Program-made: the position numbers and the translations under genes | Notes under the pieces: generated by a model | What the model saw: the letters and a program-made list of their open reading frames with translations, nothing else | Database searches by the model: none | Told to the model about the DNA's origin: nothing | Assembly (NCBI GenBank): GCA_963817525.1 | Contig: CAWFOU010000007.1 | Coordinates: 384,001 to 448,000 of the forward strand | Source: an uncultured archaeon | GTDB taxonomy: Archaea > Thermoproteota > Nitrososphaeria > Nitrososphaerales > Gagatemarchaeaceae | Length of the DNA: 64,000 nucleotides | Direction: 5' to 3' | Shown: in pieces, positions 18,919-28,710 of the stretch | How the letters are laid out: each line of letters begins with the position of its first letter | Numbering within the stretch: the first letter of the stretch is position 1

Positions 18919-19351
18919 AGTCCGCCTCGAGGGCCTTTTTGAATATCTTCCATTCCTTGACCCCGCCCGCCTCCCACTCGTCCTTGTCCTCGACGTCGGC
19001 TTTGCTGTCGTAGGTCACTGCGAACTTCATGTCGAGCCTGGTCTTCTTCTTGCCCAGCGCCTTTAGCTTGTACTCGCCGACCTCCCTCCCGTCCCCGCAG
19101 GTGTCGAGCGTCCACGAGCCGGGCGGGTGGAGCCAGACCGCCCTCACGCCCTCTGCGTAGTCCTTGCCGTCCTTGTAGCGGACCCGCCAGATGACGCGCT
19201 CCGGGCTCTTCTCGAGGATCTTCCTCTCGGTCTTTGAGCCGATCAGCTTGTTGTCGTCCTCGCGGAAGTCGGTGCACCACTTGAAGACGTAGTCGAGGGG
19301 GGCGTCGAACGTGGCGGAAAGCTTGTACTTTTGTTTGATCGGTCTGGGCAT
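18893..19351 (-). CDS. Hypothetical protein, SRPBCC/polyketide-cyclase-like
   Basis: ATFDAPLDYVFKWCTDF N-terminus, C-terminal helix. Confidence 0.55.
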   Translation of the reverse strand: MPRPIKQKYKLSATFDAPLDYVFKWCTDFREDDNKLIGSKTERKILEKSPERVIWRVRYKDGKDYAEGVRAVWLHPPGSWTLDTCGDGREVGEYKLKALGKKKTRLDMKFAVTYDSKADVEDKDEWEAGGVKEWKIFKKALEADFKAGRPVA

Positions 19352-19445
19352 GGATAAGTCGGCGAGAGTCCGGACGCTGCAGAGTTAAGCGTTTCCGGGC
19401 CGCGCTGAAAACTTAAGTGAGCATGGACGGGGAGCGGAAGTCCGT

Positions 19446-19557
19446 GCCAAGGTAGCTCAGAAGCTTCTGAAAGCTGGGCAGCCTGGGAGAGCACTCGACA
19501 CGAAAGTGAGTGAGGCTGAAGACCGAGCTGTCGCAGGTCCAAATCCTGCCCTTGGCA
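19446..19557 (+). tRNA. tRNA-Phe(GAA) with two non-canonical introns (15/16: 19461-19481; 30/31: 19498-19514)
   Basis: GCCAAGG/CCTTGGC acceptor; two BHB-like motifs; splicing restores GCTCAGCCTGGGAGAGC D-arm and CTCGG-CTGAAGA-CCGAG arm. Confidence 0.88.
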
Positions 19558-19856
19558 CTCTTTTACCATGCCAAGGTTACACGCTATCGCGTCGTTCCCA
19601 TCCGCCAAGGTTCAACAAGTTCAAGGTCTTCATTAAGCCTCTCCTGGCCGGGAACGGTTTCGGAAATTACTGAGGCACAGTGGACTAACAAGAACGCAGA
19701 CCGCAGCTCAGATGGGGTCCGCCTCCACGCACGGTCCGATGGTATAGACCGTCCTAGAGCTTCTTGTCGTTCTTGGCTTCACGTGCCTCTGTAGGGAGGC
19801 CTTACTTTTGCTCGTCTTTTCGCGACACCAAGGCCTAACCCTTGGGTCTCGGCCAG

Positions 19857-20342
19857 TCAGTTCGTCGCGCTGCTGCCTCTCCCCGATTCGTGCTCGTCTT
19901 CTTGCGGCTCCTCCTTTTCCTCCAGAAGGCCCTTTGCCCTCCCGATGAACTTCTCTGCATCCCGCACCACCCTCACCGCCCCCTCCTCCGAAGACGTCAT
20001 GGCATAGTCTGCCTCCTCTCTCAGGCTCATAGCATTGTCAAAGTCGTCGAGCGAGGCCTCATCCAGTTTCCCAGGCTTGGCATAGAGCTCCTTCAGCGCG
20101 GTGAGAAGAGCGGCGTGACTCTTCTCGCGGTACCCTGCGCGATACAGCAGAGCCCTTCCAGCGTGGAACATCGAGTAGTAGGCCTTGACCGTTGCCCACT
20201 TGAAATCGGCCTCTTCTAGAGAAGTCTTGGCCCTCAGGAGGTCGTATTCAGCGCCGTCGAGCTCAGTCTTGATCGCCTCGTCTCCTAGCGCGGCCCTGAG
20301 CAGCCTCCTCTGCTCGAGCAGACGCTTGAGGGTGGTGCTCAC
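19857..20342 (-). CDS. HEPN domain protein (UPF0332-like)
   Basis: AYYSMFHAGRALL, KSH, LREEADY. Confidence 0.88.
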   Translation of the reverse strand: MSTTLKRLLEQRRLLRAALGDEAIKTELDGAEYDLLRAKTSLEEADFKWATVKAYYSMFHAGRALLYRAGYREKSHAALLTALKELYAKPGKLDEASLDDFDNAMSLREEADYAMTSSEEGAVRVVRDAEKFIGRAKGLLEEKEEPQEDEHESGRGSSATN

Positions 20343-20887
20343 TCTTCCGGCTCCCACAGCGTTATCCCCTTGTTCACCTGCTCGTAGAAGGCCTGGTCCT
20401 TTTCTTTCAGTCCGCTGAACTCCAGTGGCGTGAGGATGACCGGCGATATCTTCCTTCTCGTCCCGCTTTCTGCCTTTCGGACGGTCTTCTCCGCCGCCGC
20501 CTTGTCACCGGCGACGACGAGGATGTCTATGTCGCTCTCCCTGGAGTCGGTCCCTTCGGCACAGCTGCCGAAGAGTATGACCTTGCTGCTGAGGCCTCTG
20601 AGCCTCCGCCGCAGCCCCTCCACCTCCGAGAGGTTGAAGAAGATCTTCAGGTAGCGGGCCGGAGGACTGCCTAGATTGTAGCTGTAGAGGTCGACATTTC
20701 CCCTGCGCTCCCTTGATAGCAACTCGTCCTTCTCCAAGCGGCGCAGAACCTGGTTTGTCTTGCCGACGCTCACGCCCGCGATCCTCGCCACCTCTCTCTG
20801 GTAGTAGCTTCTCAGGGGCTCCGAAGCGAGCAGTCTAAGGATGGCCATCGAGAACCTGTCGATCTGGGTCAGGTCGTCGCTAAGCAT
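20339..20887 (-). CDS. HTH + minimal nucleotidyltransferase (MNT) antitoxin
   Basis: N-terminal HTH; ILFGSCAEG...SDIDILVV; upstream palindrome ATGTGAAC-N4-GTTCATGT (20894-20913). Confidence 0.88.
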   Translation of the reverse strand: MLSDDLTQIDRFSMAILRLLASEPLRSYYQREVARIAGVSVGKTNQVLRRLEKDELLSRERRGNVDLYSYNLGSPPARYLKIFFNLSEVEGLRRRLRGLSSKVILFGSCAEGTDSRESDIDILVVAGDKAAAEKTVRKAESGTRRKISPVILTPLEFSGLKEKDQAFYEQVNKGITLWEPEE

Positions 20888-21056
20888 TCACCCATGTGAA
20901 CGAATGTTCATGTATATGAATATTCAAAACGGGTGATGGTTTCCGAGCGTCCACAGGCAGACGTTGCTGTCCTGCTCGATGGCTCTCGGGTCTGCCCACC
21001 ACGTGTTGCTCTCGAACAGCTCCGGGGGTACTCAACGCAATCGGATATGTGATTGA

Positions 21057-22109
21057 CCCGCGGCCGCGAACATGGACCCGAGGTAGAGGAAGGGCTTGAC
21101 GCCGTACTTGGATCAAGGACCCGACGGTCAGGGCCACGGGAAGGACCACCACGGCGAGCGGCAGTAGGTAGAATCCGACCTGGGTGAGGCTCATCCCGAA
21201 CCCGCTGGGGGGAGGGAGCTCGAGCGCGTAGACCAAGGTCTGGAACGCGATCCCGAGGGAGAGCCCGTAGGGGATGATGATGAGGTTCGCCGCCAGCACG
21301 TTCCTCTGCGAGAGGAGCTTCAGGTCCAGGACCGGCTCGGGGATGCGCCTCTCGTAGAACGCTAGGGGTACCAACATCACAGGCCCAAGAACCAGCAGGC
21401 CGAGGATGGTTGGCGAGGTCCAGCCCCAGCTCGTCCCCTCCGAGAGCCCGAGGACTATCGCGATGAGGCAGGCCCCGAGCCACGCCGCGCCGACGATGTC
21501 GAGCCTGATGCCGGGCTTTCGGTTGGGGGACTCGCGGACGATGAAGAAGACCGCCGCGGTCAGCGCCGCGATCACCGGGATGGCGAGGTGGTAGTTGGCC
21601 TGCCAGCCGTAGGCGCTGGTGACAAAGGCCCCTCCGACGAGGCCGACCGCCCCGCCGGCAACCTGCACCGCGCTGATGACGCCCTGGGCTCGGGGGACCA
21701 GCTCGCGGGGGAACTCCTCCCGGGCGAGGCTGAAGCAGAGGGCGAAGACCCCCAGCCCCACGCCCTGAACCAACCTCGACGCGAGGATGAGGTCGAAGCT
21801 CGGGGCGAGCGAGGTGCAAGTGGCCGCTGCGAGGTAGACCAGTAGGATGCACATCATCACCCGCTTCTTCCCATAGATGTCGCCGAGCTTCCCGAAGACA
21901 GGAGTGACCGCGACCCCGGCGGCGGTGTAGAGGGAGATGAGCAGGCTCGCCTGGTCGATGCTCACCCCGTACTCGGCGACTATCTTCGGGAGCGCCGGGG
22001 TCAGCATGATGTCGACGTAGATGATGAACGCCGCGACCGTCGAGAGGAGGATGAGCGCCCTGTTGGCGTAGCCTCTGTCGAAGGTCTGGGCGACCGCGAT
22101 TTCGGTCAT
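21057..22109 (-). pseudogene. MFS drug-efflux-type transporter, frameshifted and 3'-truncated
   Basis: GKLGDIYGKKR motif A, RLVQGVG; frameshift near 21110 (KYGVKP...LGSMFAAAG in other frames) and loss of C-terminal helices. Confidence 0.75.
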
Positions 22110-22190
22110 CGTCGGAGTAGTGGGACGGGTTTGGATTAGGCTGGTGCCTCATATGGCAGGCTTTTTGGCCTACCCCGTCCACGCCCCGCC

Positions 22191-22847
22191 GTGCGCAGGC
22201 TGGTAATCGAGCTCTACGGCAAGGAGCTCCTGAGGAGGATCGAGGGGACGCCCTTCCCGATGCTCGAGTCGGGGGAGCTGGTCCACACGCTGAGGAACGA
22301 CCAGAACGAGCACACTGGAATCTGGAGGATGGTGCCCCGGCTCCCATGGGAGGAGGTCGAGGCGTGCTTCAAGCGCGACCCGTTCACCCGGGAGATCCAG
22401 GTGCTGGAGCGCGAGGGCGGAGGCGCCTTCCTGGTCCTGTTGCGGAGGACGTCGAGGCCGGGGCTACTCTTGGCGCACGGCTCGAGGCCCGGCAGCGGCT
22501 ACCTCGAGGGGCCGCTAGGGTACAAGGACGGGAGGCTCCGGTTCAGCTTCGTCGGAAACCAAAAGCAGGTGAGGGAGATCCTCGAGGGAGCCGAGGCGAG
22601 GGGCTTCACCTACAGGGTGGTCTCGATGACGGACGCCGACTTTGCCGAGGACTCGCTCCTCAACCTTCTCACAGAGAAGCAGCGCAAGATACTGATTACC
22701 GCGTACTCCCTCGGCTACTACAACGTCCCCAAGAGGATTAACTCGGACGAGTTGGGGTCGAGGCTGCACCTGTCGGGCTCGACCGTGGTCGAGCACCTAA
22801 ACAAGGCTGAGCGCAGGCTTTTGGGGGGCATCATAGGCGAGGCCTAG
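22191..22847 (+). CDS. Bat-type (HTH_10) transcriptional regulator
   Basis: LTEKQRKIL..AYSLGYYNVPKR...EHLNKAERRLL; divergent from the MFS. Confidence 0.88.
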   Translation: MRRLVIELYGKELLRRIEGTPFPMLESGELVHTLRNDQNEHTGIWRMVPRLPWEEVEACFKRDPFTREIQVLEREGGGAFLVLLRRTSRPGLLLAHGSRPGSGYLEGPLGYKDGRLRFSFVGNQKQVREILEGAEARGFTYRVVSMTDADFAEDSLLNLLTEKQRKILITAYSLGYYNVPKRINSDELGSRLHLSGSTVVEHLNKAERRLLGGIIGEA

Positions 22848-22899
22848 CACACGGATGGATTTGACGCGCCCCGAGAAAGGATCCGAGTCTGCCGGGCCT

Positions 22900-22918
22900 A
22901 ATCCTGCCCTTGGCGCTC
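22900..22918 (+). repeat. Copy of the tRNA-Phe 3' end (att-like)
   Basis: 18/19 identity to 19542-19560, with weaker similarity extending upstream (CCGAG-CTG). Confidence 0.7.
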
Positions 22919-22986
22919 CAATTCTCCTCCACCATAGGACTCTATGGGTAAGCGCGGTGGCTAGAAGCCGCACCTGGTTTCTTTTG

Positions 22987-25900
22987 TTACGAGACAGGGG
23001 CGACGCCCTTACGGTCCTTCCTCTTCTGCACGACCACGAAAGCGAGCCCAGCAATCAGGGCGGCCCCAGCGGGGGCTGCCACCTGCGCCGTGATTGGGTT
23101 GTTGCCGTGGACCACAAAGAGCTCGAACGTCCCCGTGCTACTGCTGTGACCGGCGGTCCCTGCATAGACGAGCTGAACCGTCCATATTCCGGCAGAGCCC
23201 GCGGTGAACTGCGCTTGGCACTGAATCTGCCCCTGCCCGTTGGGGTTGTTGCACTGCTCCTGAGTTAGAGACCCCCCGCCCGACACCGACCAGGTCACGG
23301 GGCCCGACGACGCTCTCCCGTCCGCGCTGGATATCGTAGCCTGGCAGTTAACGTTCTGGCCGACCTGGAGGTATGGGTTGCCGCCGCACGTCATCACCGT
23401 GCTCGTAACCGGCGAGCCTGCAAGGCCGCCGACGAAGACCAGGAACGACGCCGAGCTGGGAGAGTGGTAAACGTCTCCAGAGTATGATTCCCCAATCGTC
23501 TGGACGCCGCCACTCGTCGCCTTGTACTGGGCCTGGCACTGGATCTGCCCCTGCCCGTTGGGGTTGTTGCACTGCTCTTGCGAGAACGTGCCTCCGCCGC
23601 TTGTAGTCCACGTCACAGTCCCCGTTTCTAGGCCCTCGTCAGCCGGAGATATCGTCGCCTGGCAGTTGATGCTCTGCCCGACCTGGAGATACGGGCTGCC
23701 GCCGCACGTTAGGGAGTTGCCGGTTGGCACTTTGACCGTCGTCGTCGTGGTCGTGGGTGTGGTGACAGTAGAGGTCTGGGTGGTGGTGGAAGTGGTGGTC
23801 TCGGTCTGAGTCGTGGTGCTGGTGACTGGCGGGATCGTGACCGTCGTCGTCGTGGTCGTCGTCGAAGTCGTTGGTGAGGTGACGGTGGAGGTTTCTGTCT
23901 GAGTTGTGGTGGAAGTACTGGTCTCGGTCGTAGTCGTGGGTGTGGTGACGGTGGACGTAGAGGTCTGAGTGGTCGTCTCGGTCTGAGTCGTGGTGCTGGT
24001 GACTGGCGGGAGAGTAGTGGTAGTGGTCGCGGTAGTGGTAGAGGTGGTCGTCGGTCCTGTGACCGTAGTCGTGGTCGTCTGAGTGGTAGTGCTCGTGACA
24101 GGTGGGGGCGTCGAGGTCGTCGTCGAAACCGAAGTCACGGTCGAGGTGCTTGTGGACACGCTGGTCGTCGTCGAAGTGACCGTCTGCGTCGACGTCGTTG
24201 TCACAGCTGGGGCCGGACCTCCAGCCGCGATTACCGAGACTGTTGTGGCGTCGTCGTTGGCGGCGAAGACTTCGTTCATCGCCGGGTCGTAGCACAGGCC
24301 GTCAGGAGTCTCCCCTACGACCACAGGTTGATAGACGACGGTGTCCGTCGCGTCTGAGATGATCGAGACCGTGTTGTCGCCAGAGTTGCTCACGAAGATC
24401 TCGTTCGCGTTGGGGTCATATACGAGTCCCTGAGGCATGTTCCCGACCGGGATGGTCGTGAACACTTCGCCTGTCGCGGCGTTGAAGACGTCGACTTCGC
24501 CGGCGTTTTCGAGAGCCACGAATATCTGGCCGGTGTTCGGGTCGTAGGCCAGCTGGTGGGGCTCACTTGACACGGACCCAACGGTTATCGTGTTGACCAC
24601 GGTGTCGCTCGAGTCAGATATCACCGAGACCGTTCCCACTCCGTAGTCCGGAGTGAAGAGCTCGTTCAGGGCTGCGACGTAGATGATCGAGTGAGGCTCC
24701 GTTCCGACAGGTATGGATGACCCGACCACGGCGTTGGTAGCCGGGTTGATTATCTGCACGTCGCTGGCGCCGTAGTTTGCCACGAAGATCTGGTTGGTGC
24801 CAGAGTCGTAGGCTAGACCCCTTGGGCCGGTGTCAGTCGGGATGGTAGCGACCACGGTGTTCGTGGCGTCAGAAATCACGGAGACAGTGTTAGAGTCATA
24901 GTTGGCCACGAATATCTCGTTCAGCAAGGGGTCGTAGGCGAAGGCGCGGTCCTCCTCTCCTACGGAGATCGTCGCGACCGAGGCGTCGTTCGCGTCGCAG
25001 AAGACAGAGACAGTGTCAGAACCAAGGTTGGCCGAGAAGATCTCGTTCGTACCCGGGTCATAGATTACAGCGTGGGGGTCGGTCCCCACTGTGACGGTGT
25101 TCACCACGCTCGGAGGACCCGACAATGGCTCGGGCGAAGTCGGGGCGCTGCAAGTTGGGGTCGTGGTCGTTGATGTGGTAGACGTCGTGGTGGTAGTGGT
25201 GGAGGTGGTCGAAGTCGTCGAGGTCGTCGTCGTCGTGGTTCCGCCCGTGCCATCGGAGATGACATAGACCTCGCCTAGTCCAGTGCCGCCACTCTGCGTG
25301 ACGTAGACGTTGCCCACGCCGGGGTCATAAGTTATCGCATCGTCACTTGAGCCGACTGTCAACGTGTCGACCACGGCGTTCGTCGCGGCGTCGATGACTG
25401 AGACGGTGCCCGCGTTGTCGTTGGCGACATAGACATCGCCCGTGCCCGTGTCGTAGACCGCGCCATCGGGCTCGCTGCCGACCGGTATGGGTGAGCCCAC
25501 CACGGTGTTGGTCGCATCAGAGATGACGGTGACGCTGCTCTGGGATGACTCTGAGTTGGAGACGAAGACCTCACCCAGAACGGGGTCGTAGGCTATTCCT
25601 TCGGGGGCATCCGAACTGCCACCAGGCAACGCTATTGTCGCGACCACCGTGTCTGTGGCGTCGGAGATTACAGAGACGGTTCCCGAGCCAGTATTGCTCA
25701 CGAAGATCTCGTCCTTACCGGAATCGAAGACCATGTTACGGGGCTGAGTTCCCACCGTTATCGCTGAGCCGACCAACGAGTTCGTCGCGCCCGAGATGAC
25801 ATAGACCGCGGCGTTCTTGTAAGAGGCAACGAAGACTTGGTTCGTGTTGGAGTCGTAGGTCTCTCCTCGGGGCTCAGGCTCGGTTCCCGGAAGAGTTATG

Positions 25901-26319
25901 CTCGTGACCACGGCGTCGGAGGAGTCAGAGATGACGGAGACCGTGGTGCTGCCGTAGTTGGACACAAACACCTCGTTGTTGACCTGGTCGTAGGCATCTC
26001 CGCGGGGCTCATTGAACGCGGACGAAGTTATGGTATCCACCACAGTGTTGGAGGAGTCAGAGATGACGGAGACCTCAGGAACGCCAGGGGCGCCATCGCC
26101 AGCGTAGTCGGCCGCGAAGATCTGGTTGGTGCCAGAGTCGTATACAAGGGATTGAGGCTGTTCCGCCGTTCCTATCACGATGGGGGTCGGGTCCACCGTC
26201 TGGGCGTGTACGGCAGACCCTTCAGAAATCAGCGGAAGCACAAAAGCTGCGAACAGCGCGAGTGCTAAGATCTTAGATTGAACGCTTCGTTTCTTGATGG
26301 ACTGTCTAGTTAGCTCCAC
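22987..26319 (-). CDS. Large surface protein: two YVTN beta-propellers, Thr-rich stalk, two Cys-containing Ig-like repeats, C-terminal TM anchor
   Basis: Repeated P..AYDP...IFVAN..S.TVSVI units; poly-Thr tracts; duplicated QEQCNNPNGQGQIQCQAQ; TM + basic tail. Confidence 0.88.
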   Translation of the reverse strand: MELTRQSIKKRSVQSKILALALFAAFVLPLISEGSAVHAQTVDPTPIVIGTAEQPQSLVYDSGTNQIFAADYAGDGAPGVPEVSVISDSSNTVVDTITSSAFNEPRGDAYDQVNNEVFVSNYGSTTVSVISDSSDAVVTSITLPGTEPEPRGETYDSNTNQVFVASYKNAAVYVISGATNSLVGSAITVGTQPRNMVFDSGKDEIFVSNTGSGTVSVISDATDTVVATIALPGGSSDAPEGIAYDPVLGEVFVSNSESSQSSVTVISDATNTVVGSPIPVGSEPDGAVYDTGTGDVYVANDNAGTVSVIDAATNAVVDTLTVGSSDDAITYDPGVGNVYVTQSGGTGLGEVYVISDGTGGTTTTTTSTTSTTSTTTTTTSTTSTTTTPTCSAPTSPEPLSGPPSVVNTVTVGTDPHAVIYDPGTNEIFSANLGSDTVSVFCDANDASVATISVGEEDRAFAYDPLLNEIFVANYDSNTVSVISDATNTVVATIPTDTGPRGLAYDSGTNQIFVANYGASDVQIINPATNAVVGSSIPVGTEPHSIIYVAALNELFTPDYGVGTVSVISDSSDTVVNTITVGSVSSEPHQLAYDPNTGQIFVALENAGEVDVFNAATGEVFTTIPVGNMPQGLVYDPNANEIFVSNSGDNTVSIISDATDTVVYQPVVVGETPDGLCYDPAMNEVFAANDDATTVSVIAAGGPAPAVTTTSTQTVTSTTTSVSTSTSTVTSVSTTTSTPPPVTSTTTQTTTTTVTGPTTTSTTTATTTTTLPPVTSTTTQTETTTQTSTSTVTTPTTTTETSTSTTTQTETSTVTSPTTSTTTTTTTVTIPPVTSTTTQTETTTSTTTQTSTVTTPTTTTTTVKVPTGNSLTCGGSPYLQVGQSINCQATISPADEGLETGTVTWTTSGGGTFSQEQCNNPNGQGQIQCQAQYKATSGGVQTIGESYSGDVYHSPSSASFLVFVGGLAGSPVTSTVMTCGGNPYLQVGQNVNCQATISSADGRASSGPVTWSVSGGGSLTQEQCNNPNGQGQIQCQAQFTAGSAGIWTVQLVYAGTAGHSSSTGTFELFVVHGNNPITAQVAAPAGAALIAGLAFVVVQKRKDRKGVAPVS

Positions 26320-26423
26320 GGCACGGCTTGGGGGCCGAAAATTATTTCTTGCTTCTCGAAGGTATCCTGGGTCGCATCGGAAGGCCGACGTCGGCTATAG
26401 GTTCGCTAGAGAAACTCATGAGG

Positions 26424-26569
26424 GCTTACGCGCTCGGCTAGTTCGACGTCCCCAAGAAGGTCAAGTCGGACGAGTAGGGGCGGGGCTCACCTGGCTGGGT
26501 CGACCGTGGTCGAGCACCTCAACAAGCCGAGCCGTGGCTGTTGGAAGGGTTCATCGGCGAGGCCTAGCA
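26424..26569 (+). pseudogene. Degenerate copy of the 3' end of the HTH_10 gene (22701-22849)
   Basis: Shared TCGACCGTGGTCGAGCACCT and GGCGAGGCCTAGCA; contains stops and indels. Confidence 0.8.
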
Positions 26570-26658
26570 AGGCATAGGTGCCAGGAAAGCGCCGTGAAAT
26601 GCACCAGCCGACGCGAGTGTTTTCACCGGGGCTCCCTGCGTGGTGAGTTTTGACAAAA

Positions 26659-27599
26659 TCAGGGGGTTTCTGATTTCTGCGAATCTTTGGACCTTACCTG
26701 AACCGGAATCAGTTGCTTGTCAAGATGGTCCGCCTCATTCAGTATCAGTGTTGTCAGGTTCCCTTCTGGCACGATGATCTTTGCGTTGTTCATGACCGAC
26801 TCTATCGCCTCGAGTTTCTTGAAGACCACCGCGTTATCTTTGAAGTAGGTCGTCAACGCTTCGTTCCTCAGCTTCGTGGCCTCCGCGTCCCCTTGCGCGA
26901 TGGATACGGTCGCCAGCTTGTGGCCTTCCGCCTGCAGAATCTCCGCCTGCTTCAGTCCCTCTGCCTGGGCGATTGCGGCGCGTTTCTGGCCGTCGGCCTG
27001 GGCGGCCACCGCATCCGCCTGGTTGACCGCTGACCTCTTGGTGTTCTCGGACTCGATGATCTTGTTCATCGACTCCTGTATGTTTTGCGGTGGTCTCAGG
27101 TCTTTGCCCGCACTATGTTGATTCCCCAGACGTCCGTCTGGGCCTTTAGCTTTGCGAGGAGCTGCTGGTTGATGATATCTCTCCCTTGGTTTGCCTCCTC
27201 ATAGGTCATGGAACCGAGGATGTCCCTAAGGGTCACATGACCGAGCACGTCGATCTGCTGCTTGTAGTTGTTTACGCTGTACTCGCTGGCCTTGACGGAA
27301 GCCTCGTCCGTCTTTACCTTGTAGGAGACCACCATGTTGATCGTGAGGTTGAGCCTGTCCCTGGTGATGATCACCTGAGGTTCAGGTTCGGTGATCTGCT
27401 CGGTGATGTTTATCTTGATAAGTCGATCCACGAGCGGAATCAGGAAGGTGAGGCCGGTGTCCACGAAGTGATTGTAGCGGCCATTCCTCTCAACTAGTCC
27501 CCTCTGAGTAGGCCGGACTATGTGCAGCGACCTCGCGATGATTGCTATCAAGATCACTCCCACTATCAGGACCTCAGCGAGGAGGGTCTCGTCTACCAT
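26659..27599 (-). pseudogene. SPFH/band-7 (stomatin-like) protein split by a frameshift near 27100
   Basis: N-part QRGLVER.G.Y...LRDILGSM...WGINIVRA continues in another frame as KDLRPPQNIQESMN...AEG. Confidence 0.8.
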
Positions 27600-27895
27600 G
27601 TTTCCGTGTCTCTTGACGAGTGAAGCTCGCTCGTCCGATTTAAGCTGATTGCGACCGCCGCAGCCAAGTTCATGTAAAGAGAATTACCAGGAGGATGGCT
27701 ATGATGACCAAGAGGATGGCTATGATGAGAGCGGGATGAGCAATGCCACGCCTGGGCACCATAGCTTGATGGTTAGTGCTCCGCCTTATAGGATTATTCG
27801 AATTTTTATGTCGACTTCCTAGTTGACTGCCGTTCGCGGGCGAGACGAGGCGGAGAAGCGGGGTCGAGGTCTCCATCGTGGACAGCGCGGGTTAA

Positions 27896-28242
27896 GTCAT
27901 CCACAGAGGCGTGCCGGCTAGCGAGGTCGACGTCCAACTGAGGACGCCTGGTCCGCTGGTACACGGACAACAGGGAGAGATACCCCGTTCGTTCTCGCAG
28001 CGGTAGTGCACAATCAGTTCGAGACTATTCATCCCTTCCAAGACGGCAACGGCAGGGTCGGCAGGCTACTGCTGATCATCGTCCTGATTAAGCACAGACT
28101 GCCTCCGTTGAACATCGAGCTGAAGAACAGGCAGCAGTATTATGAGGCTCTCAGACAATACCAGACAATGGGTAACCTACGCCCTACGCTCGACCTGATG
28201 ATGAAAGAGTACAGGCGGCTCAAGGCCGCTCTCAGAGGGTGA
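27896..28242 (+). pseudogene. Fic-domain protein remnant
   Basis: HPFQDGNGRVGR motif; upstream part frameshifted, N-terminus missing. Confidence 0.8.
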
Positions 28243-28328
28243 CTACAAGTGTGAGATGTGTAGTCGCCTAAGGCACCCTCCTTGGGCGGCCTGCCGGCTG
28301 ACCTGTTAAAAGAGAGTTCGATGCAAAA

Positions 28329-28655
28329 ATGACTATGAGACTCGAGGAAATGCGGCGGGTGCTAGTGGGGGCCGCCGCCGAGCGGAAGACGGTTACTTAC
28401 GGCCAGCTCATGAAGAAGTTCGGCCTGTCTCGCGGCTCGGGGCGAGGGAACACGGTCGTGGGGGCCTTGGACGAGATCGACGGCGCGGAGCGCGCCGCGG
28501 GCGCCCCCGGCTTCGCGGCCATAGTTGTGAGGAAGGATACCGGCTACCCTGGCCGGGGCTTCTTCGCCGGGGACGGGGGCTCGCGCCTCACCCCCTCGGA
28601 GAAGGAACTCGCCGACAAGGAGCGGGAGAGAATCTGGAGCTACTATCGGCGCTAA
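28329..28655 (+). CDS. Hypothetical protein (helix-turn-helix-like)
   Basis: TVTYGQL...AIVVRKDTGYPGRGFF. Confidence 0.65.
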   Translation: MTMRLEEMRRVLVGAAAERKTVTYGQLMKKFGLSRGSGRGNTVVGALDEIDGAERAAGAPGFAAIVVRKDTGYPGRGFFAGDGGSRLTPSEKELADKERERIWSYYRR

Positions 28656-28710
28656 CGCTAATTACGTTCGGCGGCGTGGATGAGAGCCAGCCGCGTGAGT
28701 GAATCATTCC

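Larger units (their letters stand above)
19561..22899. mobile_element. Putative islet integrated at tRNA-Phe
   Basis: AATCCTGCCCTTGGC(A/G)CTC at 19542-19560 recurs at 22900-22918; cargo is HEPN-MNT, a broken MFS and an HTH_10 gene. Confidence 0.65.

Noticed and set aside
23730-24200. Highly repetitive DNA suggestive of an array
   Set aside because: Encodes the Thr-rich stalk of the surface protein; no repeat-spacer structure, and no CRISPR array seen in the window.
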